Origin: an uncultured Holophagae bacterium
GTDB taxonomy: Bacteria; Acidobacteriota; Thermoanaerobaculia; Thermoanaerobaculales; Sulfomarinibacteraceae
Reading direction: 5' to 3'
Length of the DNA: 64,000 nucleotides
NCBI GenBank assembly: GCA_963714385.1
Contig: CAVQOJ010000002.1
Span: 326,528 to 390,527, forward strand
The position numbers and the translations under genes were made by a program. Shown piece after piece: positions 54,476 through 64,000 of the stretch (position 1 is the stretch's first letter; each line of letters starts with the position of its first letter). The notes below the pieces were generated by a model. The model saw only the letters and a list, made by a program, of their open reading frames with translations. It had not been told where the DNA came from and did not search any database.

Positions 54476-55605
54476 CTACTCCAACACGTGGATGTTGCGC
54501 TCCCGGCAGATCCGCTTGAGCTGGTCGGGCCACACCGTCACCGTCACCTCACCCAGGTGGGCGGTGCGCAGCAGGTACATGTAGGTCCGCGCCTGGCCGA
54601 TTCCGCCGCCGATCGAGAGCGGGATCGGCATCGTTGAGGATGGCCTGGTGATAGGGCAGCGCGAGGTCGTCCTGCAGGCCGGCTATCTCCATCTGCTGAA
54701 CCAGGGTCTCCTTGGTTACCCGGATGCCCATGGAGGTCAGCTCGTGGCGCCTGCGGGTGACCGGGTTCCACACCAGGATGTCGCCGTTGAGCCCGTGCAT
54801 GGGACGGCCGTCCTCCGAGGTGGTCTCGGTGATCCAGTCGTCGTAGTCGGCGGCCCGCATTTCGTGGGGGTAGCCGTCGGCCAGAACCCAGCCGATGCCG
54901 ATGATGAACACCGCCGGGTGCTCCTGGATGAGCCTGGTCTCCCGCTGCTTGCGGGGAAGATCCGGGTACATGTCGAGAATGTCCTCGGCGTGGAAGAACT
55001 CGAGCTCCTCCGGAAGGTCCGGATAGCGGTCGGTCTTGAGGGCCGGGAACAGCTCCTGGGCGTGCTTGCCGGCGCCCCTGATCACCTTCCAGATCTTCTG
55101 AACGGTGTCCTTCAGGTATGTCGAGATTGCGATCTTCGGCGGTGATCACCTTCTCCCAGTCCCACTGGTCCACGTAGGAGCTGTGGTCGTGGTCGAGGAA
55201 GTAGTCCTTGCGAACCGCCCGCATGTCGGTGTTGATGCCCTCGCCCACGCGGCACCCGAACTGCTTCAGGGCGACCCGCTTCCACTTGGTGGCCGCCTGC
55301 ACCACCTGGGCGTCGATCTTCCTGTCCAGGCCGAGCCCGCACGGAAATTCCACCGGCGTCCGCGACCCGTCGCGGTCGAGCATGTCGTTGACGCCGCTGT
55401 CCTTGCTGACGATGAGGGGCACCTGGACCAGGTTGAGGTTGAGCTCCCTGGCGAGGCCGTCCTCGATGTAGCGCTTGACCTCAAAAAGCGCCTCCATCCG
55501 CTCCATGGGAGGCAGGATCGGCTGATAGTCGGTGGGTAGGATCTTGGCCACCTCTTCGTAGGTGCTGATGCCGGGGCCGGCGAGGTCCGCCTTCTTGTCG
55601 TTCAT
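54476..55605 (-). pseudogene. asnA: aspartate--ammonia ligase (AsnA) read through two apparent frameshifts (or assembly indels)
   Basis: Three frames together give a full AsnA. MNDKK...SSYVDQWDWEKVITAEDRNLD | (Y)LKDTVQKIWKVIRGAGKH...GLNGDILVWNPVTRRRHELTSMGIRV...YHQAILN | [35 protein letters not shown]...HVLE*. Switch points ~55116-55122 (ctcgacAtacctg) and ~54628-54636. Length 1130 nt. Confidence 0.75.
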
Positions 55606-55685
55606 GAACGCCTCCTGATGATTTTGTCGGAACTGACCGAGATCACGCGATCCCGAGAGGTTGTATGGCAGCCGGCGGCCGAGTG

Positions 55686-56570
55686 TCAAGTCGAACGCTG
55701 CCGGTCGAGGCCCGTCGCCGACCTCTGGGAGGTCAGCCGCTCGCTGATTTCCCAGAGACGGCGGGCGGTGGCGGCGTCCCGCGCCGCCGGCGACGGCTCG
55801 GTCAGCTTCCGCTTGACGTAGTAACCGCCGCTGGCCCCCGCTACCTCGGGCGACGAGGCAAGCCACACCAGGGTGTCGGCGCCCCGCTTCGGATCGAGCA
55901 GCAGCGGCCGCGCGATCACTTGGAACAACTTGATGACCAGCGGGGCGCTGCGGCCGAAGCCGGTGGCCACGACGCCCGGGTGGAGGCAGGTGGCGGTGAC
56001 ACCGGTACCGGCTGTCCGGCGAGCGAGCTCACGAGTGAACAGGATGTTCGCCATCTTGGTCCAACCGTAGACCGACCAGGCCGAGTAACCCTGCTCTCCG
56101 TTGAGGTTGTCGAACGGGATCGTGGCCCCGGAGTGGGCGTCTGACGAGACGGTGACCACTCGTGCCGGGGCACTCGCCTGCAGGCGATCGAGCAGGAGGT
56201 TGGTCATCAGGAAGGGCGCCAGGTGGTTCACCGCGAAGGTGTGCTCGAACCCATCCTCGGTCACGGCGTGGCGGGCCATGGTCAGACCGGCGTTGTTGAC
56301 CAGAACGTGGATTTCCGGGCAGGTCGCCAGCAGGCGATCGGCGAGACCACGGATCTGTCCCAGCGAGGCCAGGTCGCAGAGCTCGAATCTGGTGGCGGCG
56401 TTGCCGGTGGTGGCGGCGATCTCGTCGCGGGCACGCGCTCCCCTGCCGCCATCCCTGGCCACGATGACCACCTCGGCGCCGAGGCCGGCGAGCTCCTGGG
56501 CCGCCGCCCTGCCGATGCCCGAGGTGGCACCGGTGATGACGCAGGTCTGGCCGGTCATGGGTGCGGTCAT
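55686..56570 (-). CDS. short-chain dehydrogenase/reductase (retinol-dehydrogenase-like)
   Basis: 294 aa from ATG 56570 (ATGA overlap with the FAH gene). ITGATSGIGRAAAQELA, NNAG, YGWTK. Confidence 0.85.
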   Translation of the reverse strand: MTAPMTGQTCVITGATSGIGRAAAQELAGLGAEVVIVARDGGRGARARDEIAATTGNAATRFELCDLASLGQIRGLADRLLATCPEIHVLVNNAGLTMARHAVTEDGFEHTFAVNHLAPFLMTNLLLDRLQASAPARVVTVSSDAHSGATIPFDNLNGEQGYSAWSVYGWTKMANILFTRELARRTAGTGVTATCLHPGVVATGFGRSAPLVIKLFQVIARPLLLDPKRGADTLVWLASSPEVAGASGGYYVKRKLTEPSPAARDAATARRLWEISERLTSQRSATGLDRQRST

Positions 56571-57349
56571 GCCACCGGGTTGGAGAGCAGGCCGACGCCC
56601 TCCACCTCCACCTCGACCACGTCGCCCGGCGCCAATGGTGAGACGCCCGCCGGGGTCCCGGTGAGGATGACGTCGCCGGGCTCGAGAGTCATCACCGCCG
56701 AGATGTGGGCGATGAGGCGGGCCGGTGAGAACACCATCTCCGAGGTCCTTCCCCGTTGCCGGACCTCGCCGTTGACCCGGCACACCACCTCGAGGTCCGA
56801 CACGTCGGCCTCGTCGAGCCCCGCCACCACCCACGGCCCGAGCGGGCTGAAGGTGTCGAAGCCCTTTCCCCGGGTCCACTGCTCGTCGGCGCGCTGAATG
56901 TCGCGGGCGGTGACGTCGTTGCCGCAGGTGATCCCGAGCACGTACCGCCAACAGTCCTCCTCGGCGGCACTCCGGCACCTGGTGCCGATCACCACCGCCA
57001 GCTCGCCCTCGTGCTCGACCTGCTGCGACAGCGACGGCAGCACGATCTCGCGGTCCGGATCGAGCACGCTCGACGGCGGTTTCGAAAACAGCAGCGGCGC
57101 CGTCGGGACCTCGACCCCGTGCTCGGCGGCGTGGGCGACGTAGTTGCGACCGACGCCGATGATCTTGGTGGGCGCGGTGGGCGCGAGCAGCTCGAGATCG
57201 GACAGCCTCCCCAACTCGCCGCTCACCGGGGGCGCGGAGCCCCACGGCCCGGCCGGCAGCTCGAGCACCGAATCTCCCTCCACCACGCCCCATCGAGCCA
57301 CACCACCCAGCTTGACCCTGACGATTCGGCTCACCCGCAACGAATCCAA
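56567..57349 (-). CDS. fumarylacetoacetate hydrolase (FAH) family protein
   Basis: 260 aa. IIGVGRNYVAHAAE, GELAVVIG, PGDVILTGTPAGV. Confidence 0.85.
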   Translation of the reverse strand: MDSLRVSRIVRVKLGGVARWGVVEGDSVLELPAGPWGSAPPVSGELGRLSDLELLAPTAPTKIIGVGRNYVAHAAEHGVEVPTAPLLFSKPPSSVLDPDREIVLPSLSQQVEHEGELAVVIGTRCRSAAEEDCWRYVLGITCGNDVTARDIQRADEQWTRGKGFDTFSPLGPWVVAGLDEADVSDLEVVCRVNGEVRQRGRTSEMVFSPARLIAHISAVMTLEPGDVILTGTPAGVSPLAPGDVVEVEVEGVGLLSNPVA

Positions 57350-57394
57350 ATCGGCCTCCCTGTGCGCACCGCACGGGATACTACACCACCGGTG

Positions 57395-60300
57395 CTACTC
57401 AACCGTCACCGGGATCGTCGTCGGGTCGCCGGAGTCGTTGTCCACCACCGAGGCGTAGGACCAGAGCTCGCAACCCGGGGTGTCGGCGGTGACCACCGCA
57501 TACCCGATCGGGCATTCGGCCACACCCGCAGTCCGAAAAACTTGGCCCTGCTGCTTCCAGCCACCGGCCGGGACGTCCTGGACGAGGATCTCCTCGCCCT
57601 TCTGGGTACCGTCCGCACCGAACAGACGAATCCGCACGTCGCAGGCGTCAGCGGAGAAGTTGGTGAAGCCGATGTTGGTCCGGAAATCCGCCGTCCGCTT
57701 GATCTGCGACAGCACGCCCACTCCACCCGGAGCGACGGCGGCCGCCGAGCCGAGGCCGGGCAGGAACTGGCCGTAGGTCCCGTCGGCGGTGGCGTTGAAG
57801 GTGCGGGCGGTGACCACCAGGGGCCCGTCGGCCGCGACCGCCGCCGCCCCCGACGAATCGGGGACTCCGAGTAGAGCCGCGACGTTTTCCCACTCCACGA
57901 GCTCACCGTCAGCGAGCGAGACGGCGGTCGAGGCGACGCCGTCGGCGTGCCGGTAGAACAGCGTCCCGTCGACGTGCCGTCCCGACCGGTTCAACGCCGC
58001 CACATTCGACTTCCAATCGGTCCCCGCGGCTCCGGAGATCTCGGCGACGCCGGCGACCAACAGCTCTCCGCCGTCGTGAAGCACGCTGACGATCTCCATC
58101 GGCACGGTGGTGGGATCGCCGGAGTGGTTGTCCACCACCGACGCGTAGGCCCAGATTGGGCCCTCTCCGCCCGCCAGGCTCACCGTCGCGTAGCATCCCT
58201 CGCACACAGTGGACCCGAAGGCCCGGTTGCGCTGGTGCCACCCCCAGGGAGGGACGGAATCGGTGAGGGGGCCGCCGGCGACCGGTTGGCCATTGCCGTC
58301 GTGAAGCCGGGTCTGAACCACGGCGGTGTCGCCGCCGAAGTTGACGAACCCCACGTTCGTCCGGAAGTCGGAGGAGCTGCGAAGCTGGGACAGCGCGGCG
58401 GTCTGTCCGGCGAGCAACCCGTCGAACATCTCGACCCCGGGCAGGAACTGGCCGTAGGTGCCGCCCGCGGTGTCGTTGAACGTCCTGGCCGTGACGATCA
58501 CCGGGAACAGTGACCGCACCTCCACGGCGCCCGAGGAGTCGGGCACCCCGAACAGCTCGGCGGCGGCGTTTTCGTACTCCACCACCTGCCCGGTCGGCAC
58601 ATCGGCGGTCCGGGTGGACTCGCCGCCGTCGTGCCGGTAGACCAGCGTGAGCTGGGCCGTCCCCGCGAGGCGGTTCGCAATTGCCAGGTTGGTCTTCCAG
58701 TTGGAGCCGGCGGCACCGCTGGTTTCGGCGACTCCGGCCACCAGGTACCGCCGCCCCTCGGTGATGCCGGGTTGGTTCACGTACACAGTTGTGCCCGCGA
58801 CCATCAGCGCCCCCTGGCGGACGGTATCGCTGCCGTTGAACGCCACCGAGTACGCCACTCCGCCGCTCCCCGAGCCGCCGGCGGGATCGGCGATCTCGAT
58901 CCAGGGGGCGGCGGTGGAGGCGGTCCAATCACATCCTGACGTGGTGTCGACGGTGACCTCGCCGAGTCCTCCCTCGTTCGGAAAAAACACCTCGGTAGGA
59001 GCGACCGCGTAGCTGCAGTCCGATCCCTGTTGGCTCAGAGTGACGGTGTGTCCCGCAACCAGCAGAGTGCCGGTCCGCGACGGACCGTCGTTGGCGCTGA
59101 CGATGGCGATGGTCCGGCCTGATCCGGTGACGCCGTCGACCGATAGCCGGACCCAGTCCGCGTGTCGTTCGGCCGACCAGAAGCAGCCGTCGTCGGTGGT
59201 CACGTTGATGAACGCGTAATCGGTCCCGCTGTCGAAATCGAAGTGAGTCTGCTCCAGCACAAAGCTGCAACCGGCCACCGGCGACACACCAAGATTGACG
59301 CGGCCCCAGCCGGTGTCGTTGTCGACTCCCACCGCCTCGCGGTCGATGGCCACCTCCTCGAGGAACCCGCGAACCTGGCTCCCGGACCATTCCGGGTGGG
59401 CCGACATCACCACCGCCGCCGCCCCGGCCACGTGCGGGCAGGCGAAGGATGTCCCGTAGATCAGGCCATCGTAGGAGGCGGATTCCACCCCGTCGTAGCC
59501 GGCCAGATTCGGTTTTGTGACGCCGCCGTGGAACGACCCGCCGGGCCCGTTCGTCGGTCCGGCCGAGCTGAAGCCCCGCAAGCCGAAGCCGCTGGCGTTC
59601 AGCGCCGCCGTGGCTAGGGCTCCGTCCGCGTCTCCCGGTGTGGACAGCGAACCCTCCTCGACCGGCCGGTCGAGCGGTTCGTCGACCGAGAAGATCTCCA
59701 CGTCGTTGAGACCGGTGACGCTCTTTCGGAAGACCCCAACCCCGTAACCGCCCGCCTCGGTGACGGTGAAGCTGAGGTACTCGGTGGGGGCCTGGCCGGA
59801 GACTCCGCTCTGAATGCGGTCCGACGAGGCCACCTCCACCGAATCTCCGCCGTCGAGCCGGAACAAGTGCAGGCTGTAGTCCTGGTCGACTTCGGTCCAG
59901 TCGTCCCACTGCATGGAAACCCGGATGTCGTCGCCCACCGACGACGAATAATCGAAGCGCGCGATCTCCTCGCCCGGGGCGAGCTCCACCCAGCCGTTGC
60001 CGTCCGCGTCCACCGACTCACCCTGCCAGTGGGAGTCGCGGTAGTTGCCCGCCGAGTGCGCCCACACGCCGTCAGCCTGCTGGACGAAATCGTTGATCCT
60101 CGACTGGTAGAACCCGGTGCCGTCGCCCGGGCCGACGCCGAAGTAGGTGATCGACATGGCCACCACCCGGACACCCTCGTCGATCATCCACTGCACCGCG
60201 GCGGAGAAGTTGCTGCTCGACGAGCCGACCTGGGCCAGGTAGAGCTCCGCTCCCGGCGCCATGTCGTGAATGATCTCGGCGACCGCAGTGCCGTGAACGT

Positions 60301-60943
60301 CGCCCGGCGCGCTGGCGCTGCCGCCGAATCTCTGGAAGTGAAATCGATCGGCCGGGGGCAACTCGACGCCCACCAGATCTTCCCAGCCGTAGGCCTGGAT
60401 GTCGATGACGCCCGCCTTGACGCCCTCACCCGTAAATCCGTCGGCATGCCACGCCTGGGCGTTGGTGGCGGCCACGCCTTCGGAGATCACCAACAGCCGC
60501 AAGTCGCCGCCCGCCGGCAACACGATCGGCCGGGGGGCCACCGCCACCGGGGGCTGTCGGACCCAGGTCACTCCGGCGCGATCGCCGAGGGCTGCGAGCT
60601 GGCCGGGCGTCACCCGGGCCTCGATCAAGCCGTCGCGCCAATTCACCTCGTGGGCGCCGCTCGACTCCAACCACCGCGCCACCGCAGACACCTCGGCCCG
60701 GGAGGCCACCACCTCGACCGCGAGCCGGCCGTTCCGTACATCGAAACCGGCCTGGACCGCCGCCGCCAGCGGATCGTCCGCGATCAGCACCATCGCCAGC
60801 GGCCTGTCGAGCCGCTCGAAACCCGCAGTGGCGGGGTCGAGCGACGGCGCCGGCTGCAAGCTACCGAGTCGGAGAGGTTGGTCGGCAACGACCGGCGGGA
60901 TGGCGACCACGGCCAAGATAAGCACGGATGTGGCGATTCTCAT
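57395..60943 (-). CDS. secreted subtilisin-like (S8) serine protease with BACON-like modules and two tandem ~225-aa C-terminal domains
   Basis: 1182 aa from ATG 60943 (signal MRIATSVLILAVVAIPPVVA). Catalytic triad contexts GVIDIQ, HGTAVAEII, GTSFACPHVAGAAAVV. The rest of track ORF 57395..61849 is upstream read-through. Confidence 0.85.
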   Translation of the reverse strand: MRIATSVLILAVVAIPPVVADQPLRLGSLQPAPSLDPATAGFERLDRPLAMVLIADDPLAAAVQAGFDVRNGRLAVEVVASRAEVSAVARWLESSGAHEVNWRDGLIEARVTPGQLAALGDRAGVTWVRQPPVAVAPRPIVLPAGGDLRLLVISEGVAATNAQAWHADGFTGEGVKAGVIDIQAYGWEDLVGVELPPADRFHFQRFGGSASAPGDVHGTAVAEIIHDMAPGAELYLAQVGSSSSNFSAAVQWMIDEGVRVVAMSITYFGVGPGDGTGFYQSRINDFVQQADGVWAHSAGNYRDSHWQGESVDADGNGWVELAPGEEIARFDYSSSVGDDIRVSMQWDDWTEVDQDYSLHLFRLDGGDSVEVASSDRIQSGVSGQAPTEYLSFTVTEAGGYGVGVFRKSVTGLNDVEIFSVDEPLDRPVEEGSLSTPGDADGALATAALNASGFGLRGFSSAGPTNGPGGSFHGGVTKPNLAGYDGVESASYDGLIYGTSFACPHVAGAAAVVMSAHPEWSGSQVRGFLEEVAIDREAVGVDNDTGWGRVNLGVSPVAGCSFVLEQTHFDFDSGTDYAFINVTTDDGCFWSAERHADWVRLSVDGVTGSGRTIAIVSANDGPSRTGTLLVAGHTVTLSQQGSDCSYAVAPTEVFFPNEGGLGEVTVDTTSGCDWTASTAAPWIEIADPAGGSGSGGVAYSVAFNGSDTVRQGALMVAGTTVYVNQPGITEGRRYLVAGVAETSGAAGSNWKTNLAIANRLAGTAQLTLVYRHDGGESTRTADVPTGQVVEYENAAAELFGVPDSSGAVEVRSLFPVIVTARTFNDTAGGTYGQFLPGVEMFDGLLAGQTAALSQLRSSSDFRTNVGFVNFGGDTAVVQTRLHDGNGQPVAGGPLTDSVPPWGWHQRNRAFGSTVCEGCYATVSLAGGEGPIWAYASVVDNHSGDPTTVPMEIVSVLHDGGELLVAGVAEISGAAGTDWKSNVAALNRSGRHVDGTLFYRHADGVASTAVSLADGELVEWENVAALLGVPDSSGAAAVAADGPLVVTARTFNATADGTYGQFLPGLGSAAAVAPGGVGVLSQIKRTADFRTNIGFTNFSADACDVRIRLFGADGTQKGEEILVQDVPAGGWKQQGQVFRTAGVAECPIGYAVVTADTPGCELWSYASVVDNDSGDPTTIPVTVE

Positions 60944-61033
60944 GTCATTCCCCTTCACGGTCGCGTACGCGCGGCCGCGCCCTGACAGTTTAAACGCATC
61001 GGCTGCGGGTGAGTTTCCCGCCGTGCCGCTGCT

Positions 61034-63274
61034 ATGCTTCCCCGGCGCATGACATCCCAGTGGAGGCAGCTGATGCGGATTTCCACCTCGCGCAGGGCCC
61101 TTCCCGTGGCCGGCCACACGGTCGAGGCGGCGCGCAACGCCGACGGCGTAATGCAGCTCTGGGCGGGCGATGAGAACGCTTTCGCGGCAGGTCTCGGCTA
61201 TGTCCACGCTTACGACCGACAAGTGCAGATGATGGTCGTACGGCTGGTGGGACAGGGGCGGCTGAGCGAGTGCCTGCGGGCCGACCGGGAGACCCTGGTC
61301 ATCGACACCTTCGCCCGGGACATGGGGTTCGCACGAGATGCAGCGGACGACGCGGCAGCCTGTGACCCGGAGGTACTCCGGTTCGCCGAAGCGTACTCGG
61401 CGGGGGTCAATGCCTGCTTGGCAGGATCGTCGAGGCCGCTGGAGTTCCGGTTGGTGGGCTATCGGCCCGAGCCGTGGACGGTGGCGGACACGCTGGTCAC
61501 CATCAAGCTCATGACCTATGTCGGACTCGCCCAGACTCAGCAGGACTTCGAAAAGCTGCTCATCCAATCGATCCGTGCCGGCGTCCCCCCGGACACGCTC
61601 AAGAAGCTGGTGTCGCCCCACCTCGACGGGCTCGACCCGGCGATCGTCGAAGCTCTCAAGCACCTCCAATACGTGCAGTCGATGTTGCCGAAGGAGGTGC
61701 GAATCCAGCCCATGATCCCCACCGTATCGGCATCCAACAACTGGGCCGTCGCCGGCGGCAGGACCGCCACCGGCGCCCCGATCTGCTGCGCCGACCCGCA
61801 TCTCGAGGTCAATCGGCTGCCCGCCGTCTGGTACGAGGTGATGGCCCACCTACCGGATGACGAAAGGATCGGCATCACCATGCCCGGGGTTCCCGGGCTC
61901 ATCATGGGTCGGGGTCGCGACATCGCATTCGGCTTCACCTACGGCTTCATGGACATGGTGGACTACTTCGTCGAGGAAATTCGGGAGGGAAGGTGCCGCC
62001 GCGGCGACGAGTTCGTTCCTCTGCAGGTGCGGCAGGAGGTCATCCGGCGCAAGGGCGGAGAACCGGTGACTGTCACCATTCGCGAAAACAACCTGGGGGT
62101 GCTCGAAGCCGACCCGACCAAGGAGAAGCTGGCCGACGGCTACTATCTCACCAGGGCGTGGTCCGCTCAGCGTCACGGCGCCGCGCCGTCCCTGGAGGCG
62201 ATCTTCCGCCTGCCGGGGGCGCATTCGGTGGCCCAGGCACAGCCGGTGCTGCGCGAGGTCACCATCTCCTGCAACTGGGTGATCGCCGACCGCGCCGGGA
62301 ACATCGGGTATCAACAATCCGGGCGGCTGCCGAGTCGCAGCCACTCTGGGCTTTACCCCGTCCCGGCCTGGGACGACGCCCTGGCCTGGCAGGGCTGGGT
62401 ACCGTCCATGGAGCTTCACAGCGTGGTCAATCCGGAGTGCGGCTTCGTCGCCACCGCGAACGAGGAGATCAACCCGCCGGGGGGTCCCCTGGTGGTCAAC
62501 ATGCCCATGGGGTCCTATCGTGTCGACCGCATCAAGGCCGTTCTCGCGACCTCGGATTCCGTCGGCATCGACGACATGAAGAGGCTCCAGCTGGACCTCT
62601 ACTCGCTGCACGCCGAACGCCTGATGAAGCTGTTCAACCCGCTGCTGCCGGACGTCCCCGCGGCGGAGCTGTTGCGAAGCTGGGATCTGTGTTACGACTG
62701 CGACTCGCGCGGGGCGACCCTGTTCGAGGACGTCTACCGGGCGCTGCTGCGCAGAGTCTTTGGCGAAGGCCTGCTGGGCGCCGACACCTGGGACGCCATC
62801 GTGGACCTCACCTCCACCCTCACCGACTATTACCACGTCTTCGACAACGTGCTGCTCGGCGACGATCCCACGTGGTTCCCGGGGGCCGGTCGCAACGCGG
62901 TCTTCGAAGAGTTGCTGAGAGAGACTCTGACGCAGGTCGAGCCCGAACGCGTCTCGCGTTGGGGAGATCGTCAGCGGGTCATGATGAACAACATCTTCTT
63001 CAACGGCGCCCTGCCGCGCTGGCTGGGCTTCGATTGGGGCCCGCTCGAGCTGCCCGGCAACCGGGCCACGGTGGTCCAGGGCCAGTCCTTCCGCCTGGCC
63101 GGCAGGGCCACGACCTTCGCCCCTTCCTGGCGGATGATCACCGACCTCGGCACCGACGAGGTCCACACCGCGCTGCCGGGAGGGCCGTCGGGCCGGCGGT
63201 TTTCGAAGTACTACCTGACCGACCTCGAGCGCTGGATCCACGGCGACTACAAGATCCTCAAACCAACGAGGTGA
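61034..63274 (+). CDS. penicillin/AHL acylase family (Ntn-hydrolase, S45) protein
   Basis: 746 aa. GLGYVHAYDRQVQM, autoproteolytic/nucleophile site TVSASNNWAV. No obvious signal peptide. Start could be 61073. Confidence 0.85.
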   Translation: MLPRRMTSQWRQLMRISTSRRALPVAGHTVEAARNADGVMQLWAGDENAFAAGLGYVHAYDRQVQMMVVRLVGQGRLSECLRADRETLVIDTFARDMGFARDAADDAAACDPEVLRFAEAYSAGVNACLAGSSRPLEFRLVGYRPEPWTVADTLVTIKLMTYVGLAQTQQDFEKLLIQSIRAGVPPDTLKKLVSPHLDGLDPAIVEALKHLQYVQSMLPKEVRIQPMIPTVSASNNWAVAGGRTATGAPICCADPHLEVNRLPAVWYEVMAHLPDDERIGITMPGVPGLIMGRGRDIAFGFTYGFMDMVDYFVEEIREGRCRRGDEFVPLQVRQEVIRRKGGEPVTVTIRENNLGVLEADPTKEKLADGYYLTRAWSAQRHGAAPSLEAIFRLPGAHSVAQAQPVLREVTISCNWVIADRAGNIGYQQSGRLPSRSHSGLYPVPAWDDALAWQGWVPSMELHSVVNPECGFVATANEEINPPGGPLVVNMPMGSYRVDRIKAVLATSDSVGIDDMKRLQLDLYSLHAERLMKLFNPLLPDVPAAELLRSWDLCYDCDSRGATLFEDVYRALLRRVFGEGLLGADTWDAIVDLTSTLTDYYHVFDNVLLGDDPTWFPGAGRNAVFEELLRETLTQVEPERVSRWGDRQRVMMNNIFFNGALPRWLGFDWGPLELPGNRATVVQGQSFRLAGRATTFAPSWRMITDLGTDEVHTALPGGPSGRRFSKYYLTDLERWIHGDYKILKPTR

Positions 63275-63293
63275 AGGGCGACCAGACTGCCGA

Positions 63294-63397
63294 AATTACG
63301 AATTACGAATTGTTGTCTACCGAGGTCGCAGGGGGAAATTGAATACGACCTCGGACGACAAAAATTCGCAATACGCAATTCGCAATTCGTAATTCGC
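63294..63397. repeat. AATTCGY hairpin element with extended palindromic core
   Basis: aattacg aattacg aattg | ttgtctaCCGAGGTCGcagggggaaattgaataCGACCTCGGacgacaaa | aattcgc aatacgc aattcgc aattcgt aattcgc. Followed by ggccgggagggtgtgcggg. Confidence 0.9.
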
Positions 63398-63424
63398 TAT
63401 GGCCGGGAGGGTGTGCGGGCTCAA

Positions 63425-64000
63425 TCAGTTCACGATTCCGGCTGTGTGGCCGCCGCTGTCCGCGACGGGCGCCGGCTGGGCTCCGTTCCGGACCGAGGCG
63501 TCAAACTCGAACTCGCTCCAGCCGGAACCGACGAGCTTCTTCAGCCCCTCCCGGGTGTCACGGGATGCGTCCACCGACAGCGCGGGCGGCGGTACCAACC
63601 GAGCCCGGAAGCGGCCCGACCGAATCAGCTCGAAACGGACCGGCAGATCGCCGGGATGCTCCAACAGGTACTCGCGAACACCCTCGAGCCGCTCCTCGTC
63701 CACCTCGTCCAGGTCGAGGACCACCCGCAGGGCCGCGGCCCGTTGGCGGGCGATGCCGTCGAGCGGCGCCACCTCGTCGGCCAGCAGCTCCACGTGTTCG
63801 CCCTCCCCCTTGATCGAGGCGACCACCAGCACCGACGCCCCGTCGGTCAGGAGACGCTCCGCCCGTTCGAAGACGTCGGGAAAGGCCACCACCCGCACGC
63901 TGCCGGTCGCGTCCTCGAGCTGCCAGACCGCCATCCGACGACCGTGGTTGGGTCCCGGCTTCTTGATCGGCATCGCCTTGAGAGCCCCGACCAAGCCGCC
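63425..64000 (-). CDS. dnaE: DNA polymerase III alpha subunit (DnaE), C-terminal OB-fold/tail region; gene continues past window end
   Basis: RRMAVWQLEDATGSVRVVAFPDVFERAERLLTDGASVLVVASIKGEG is the DnaE OB-fold segment. The frame stays open to position 64000. Confidence 0.75.
   Translation of the reverse strand, partial: GGLVGALKAMPIKKPGPNHGRRMAVWQLEDATGSVRVVAFPDVFERAERLLTDGASVLVVASIKGEGEHVELLADEVAPLDGIARQRAAALRVVLDLDEVDEERLEGVREYLLEHPGDLPVRFELIRSGRFRARLVPPPALSVDASRDTREGLKKLVGSGWSEFEFDASVRNGAQPAPVADSGGHTAGIVN

Noticed and set aside
60944-61033. Divergent S8 protease / penicillin-acylase pair as a dedicated quorum-quenching or maturation module.
   Set aside because: Only adjacency supports it. 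Both are common stand-alone secreted hydrolases, and there is no shared regulatory motif or coupling that I can see.

Overview
High-GC (~67%) bacterial chromosomal window. The gene content looks Gram-negative, possibly Acidobacteriota-like, but that taxonomic guess is low confidence. I call about 53 protein-coding genes, 2 tRNAs (Gly-GCC, Thr-CGU), and no rRNA, CRISPR, transposase or integrase. Genes are tightly packed in operons with many 4-nt start/stop overlaps (ATGA/GTGA/TTGA). Many track ORFs are antisense shadows or carry false N-terminal extensions, so I re-picked starts by hand. Content is mostly housekeeping or envelope-related: UvrD-like helicase, thioredoxin, an FAAL-ACP-O-antigen-ligase-like-MsbA-GT2 cluster, a TatT-type TRAP transporter bracketed by two lytic transglycosylases, UDPGP-type UGPase, OPT transporter, MalQ/GlgP, an ABC-2 exporter, PyrD, PBP4 with a DprE1/DprE2-like pair, an HDAC fusion protein, cyclophilin, a double RNase H, AsnA, RidA, a 1182-aa S8 protease, penicillin acylase, and the DnaE C-terminus.

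The most unusual signal is non-coding. Almost every intergenic spacer carries AT-rich tandem arrays with a strict 7-nt period, more than 30 arrays in roughly 10 sequence families. They are usually anchored by a CCCGCCCACCC / GGGTGGGCGGG box. They are often arranged as inverted arms around a conserved core (GCCTGCCGAG...CTCGGACGCCGAC), giving long hairpin-capable elements.

Two ~0.9-1.0 kb foldback elements, bounded by heptad arms and 18-bp inverted termini, each carry a near-identical four-helix-bundle (23S-IVS/Avd-like) gene. Three genes (GT2, ABC-2 permease, asnA) show four apparent frameshifts in total. These are either assembly indels or real pseudogenisation.
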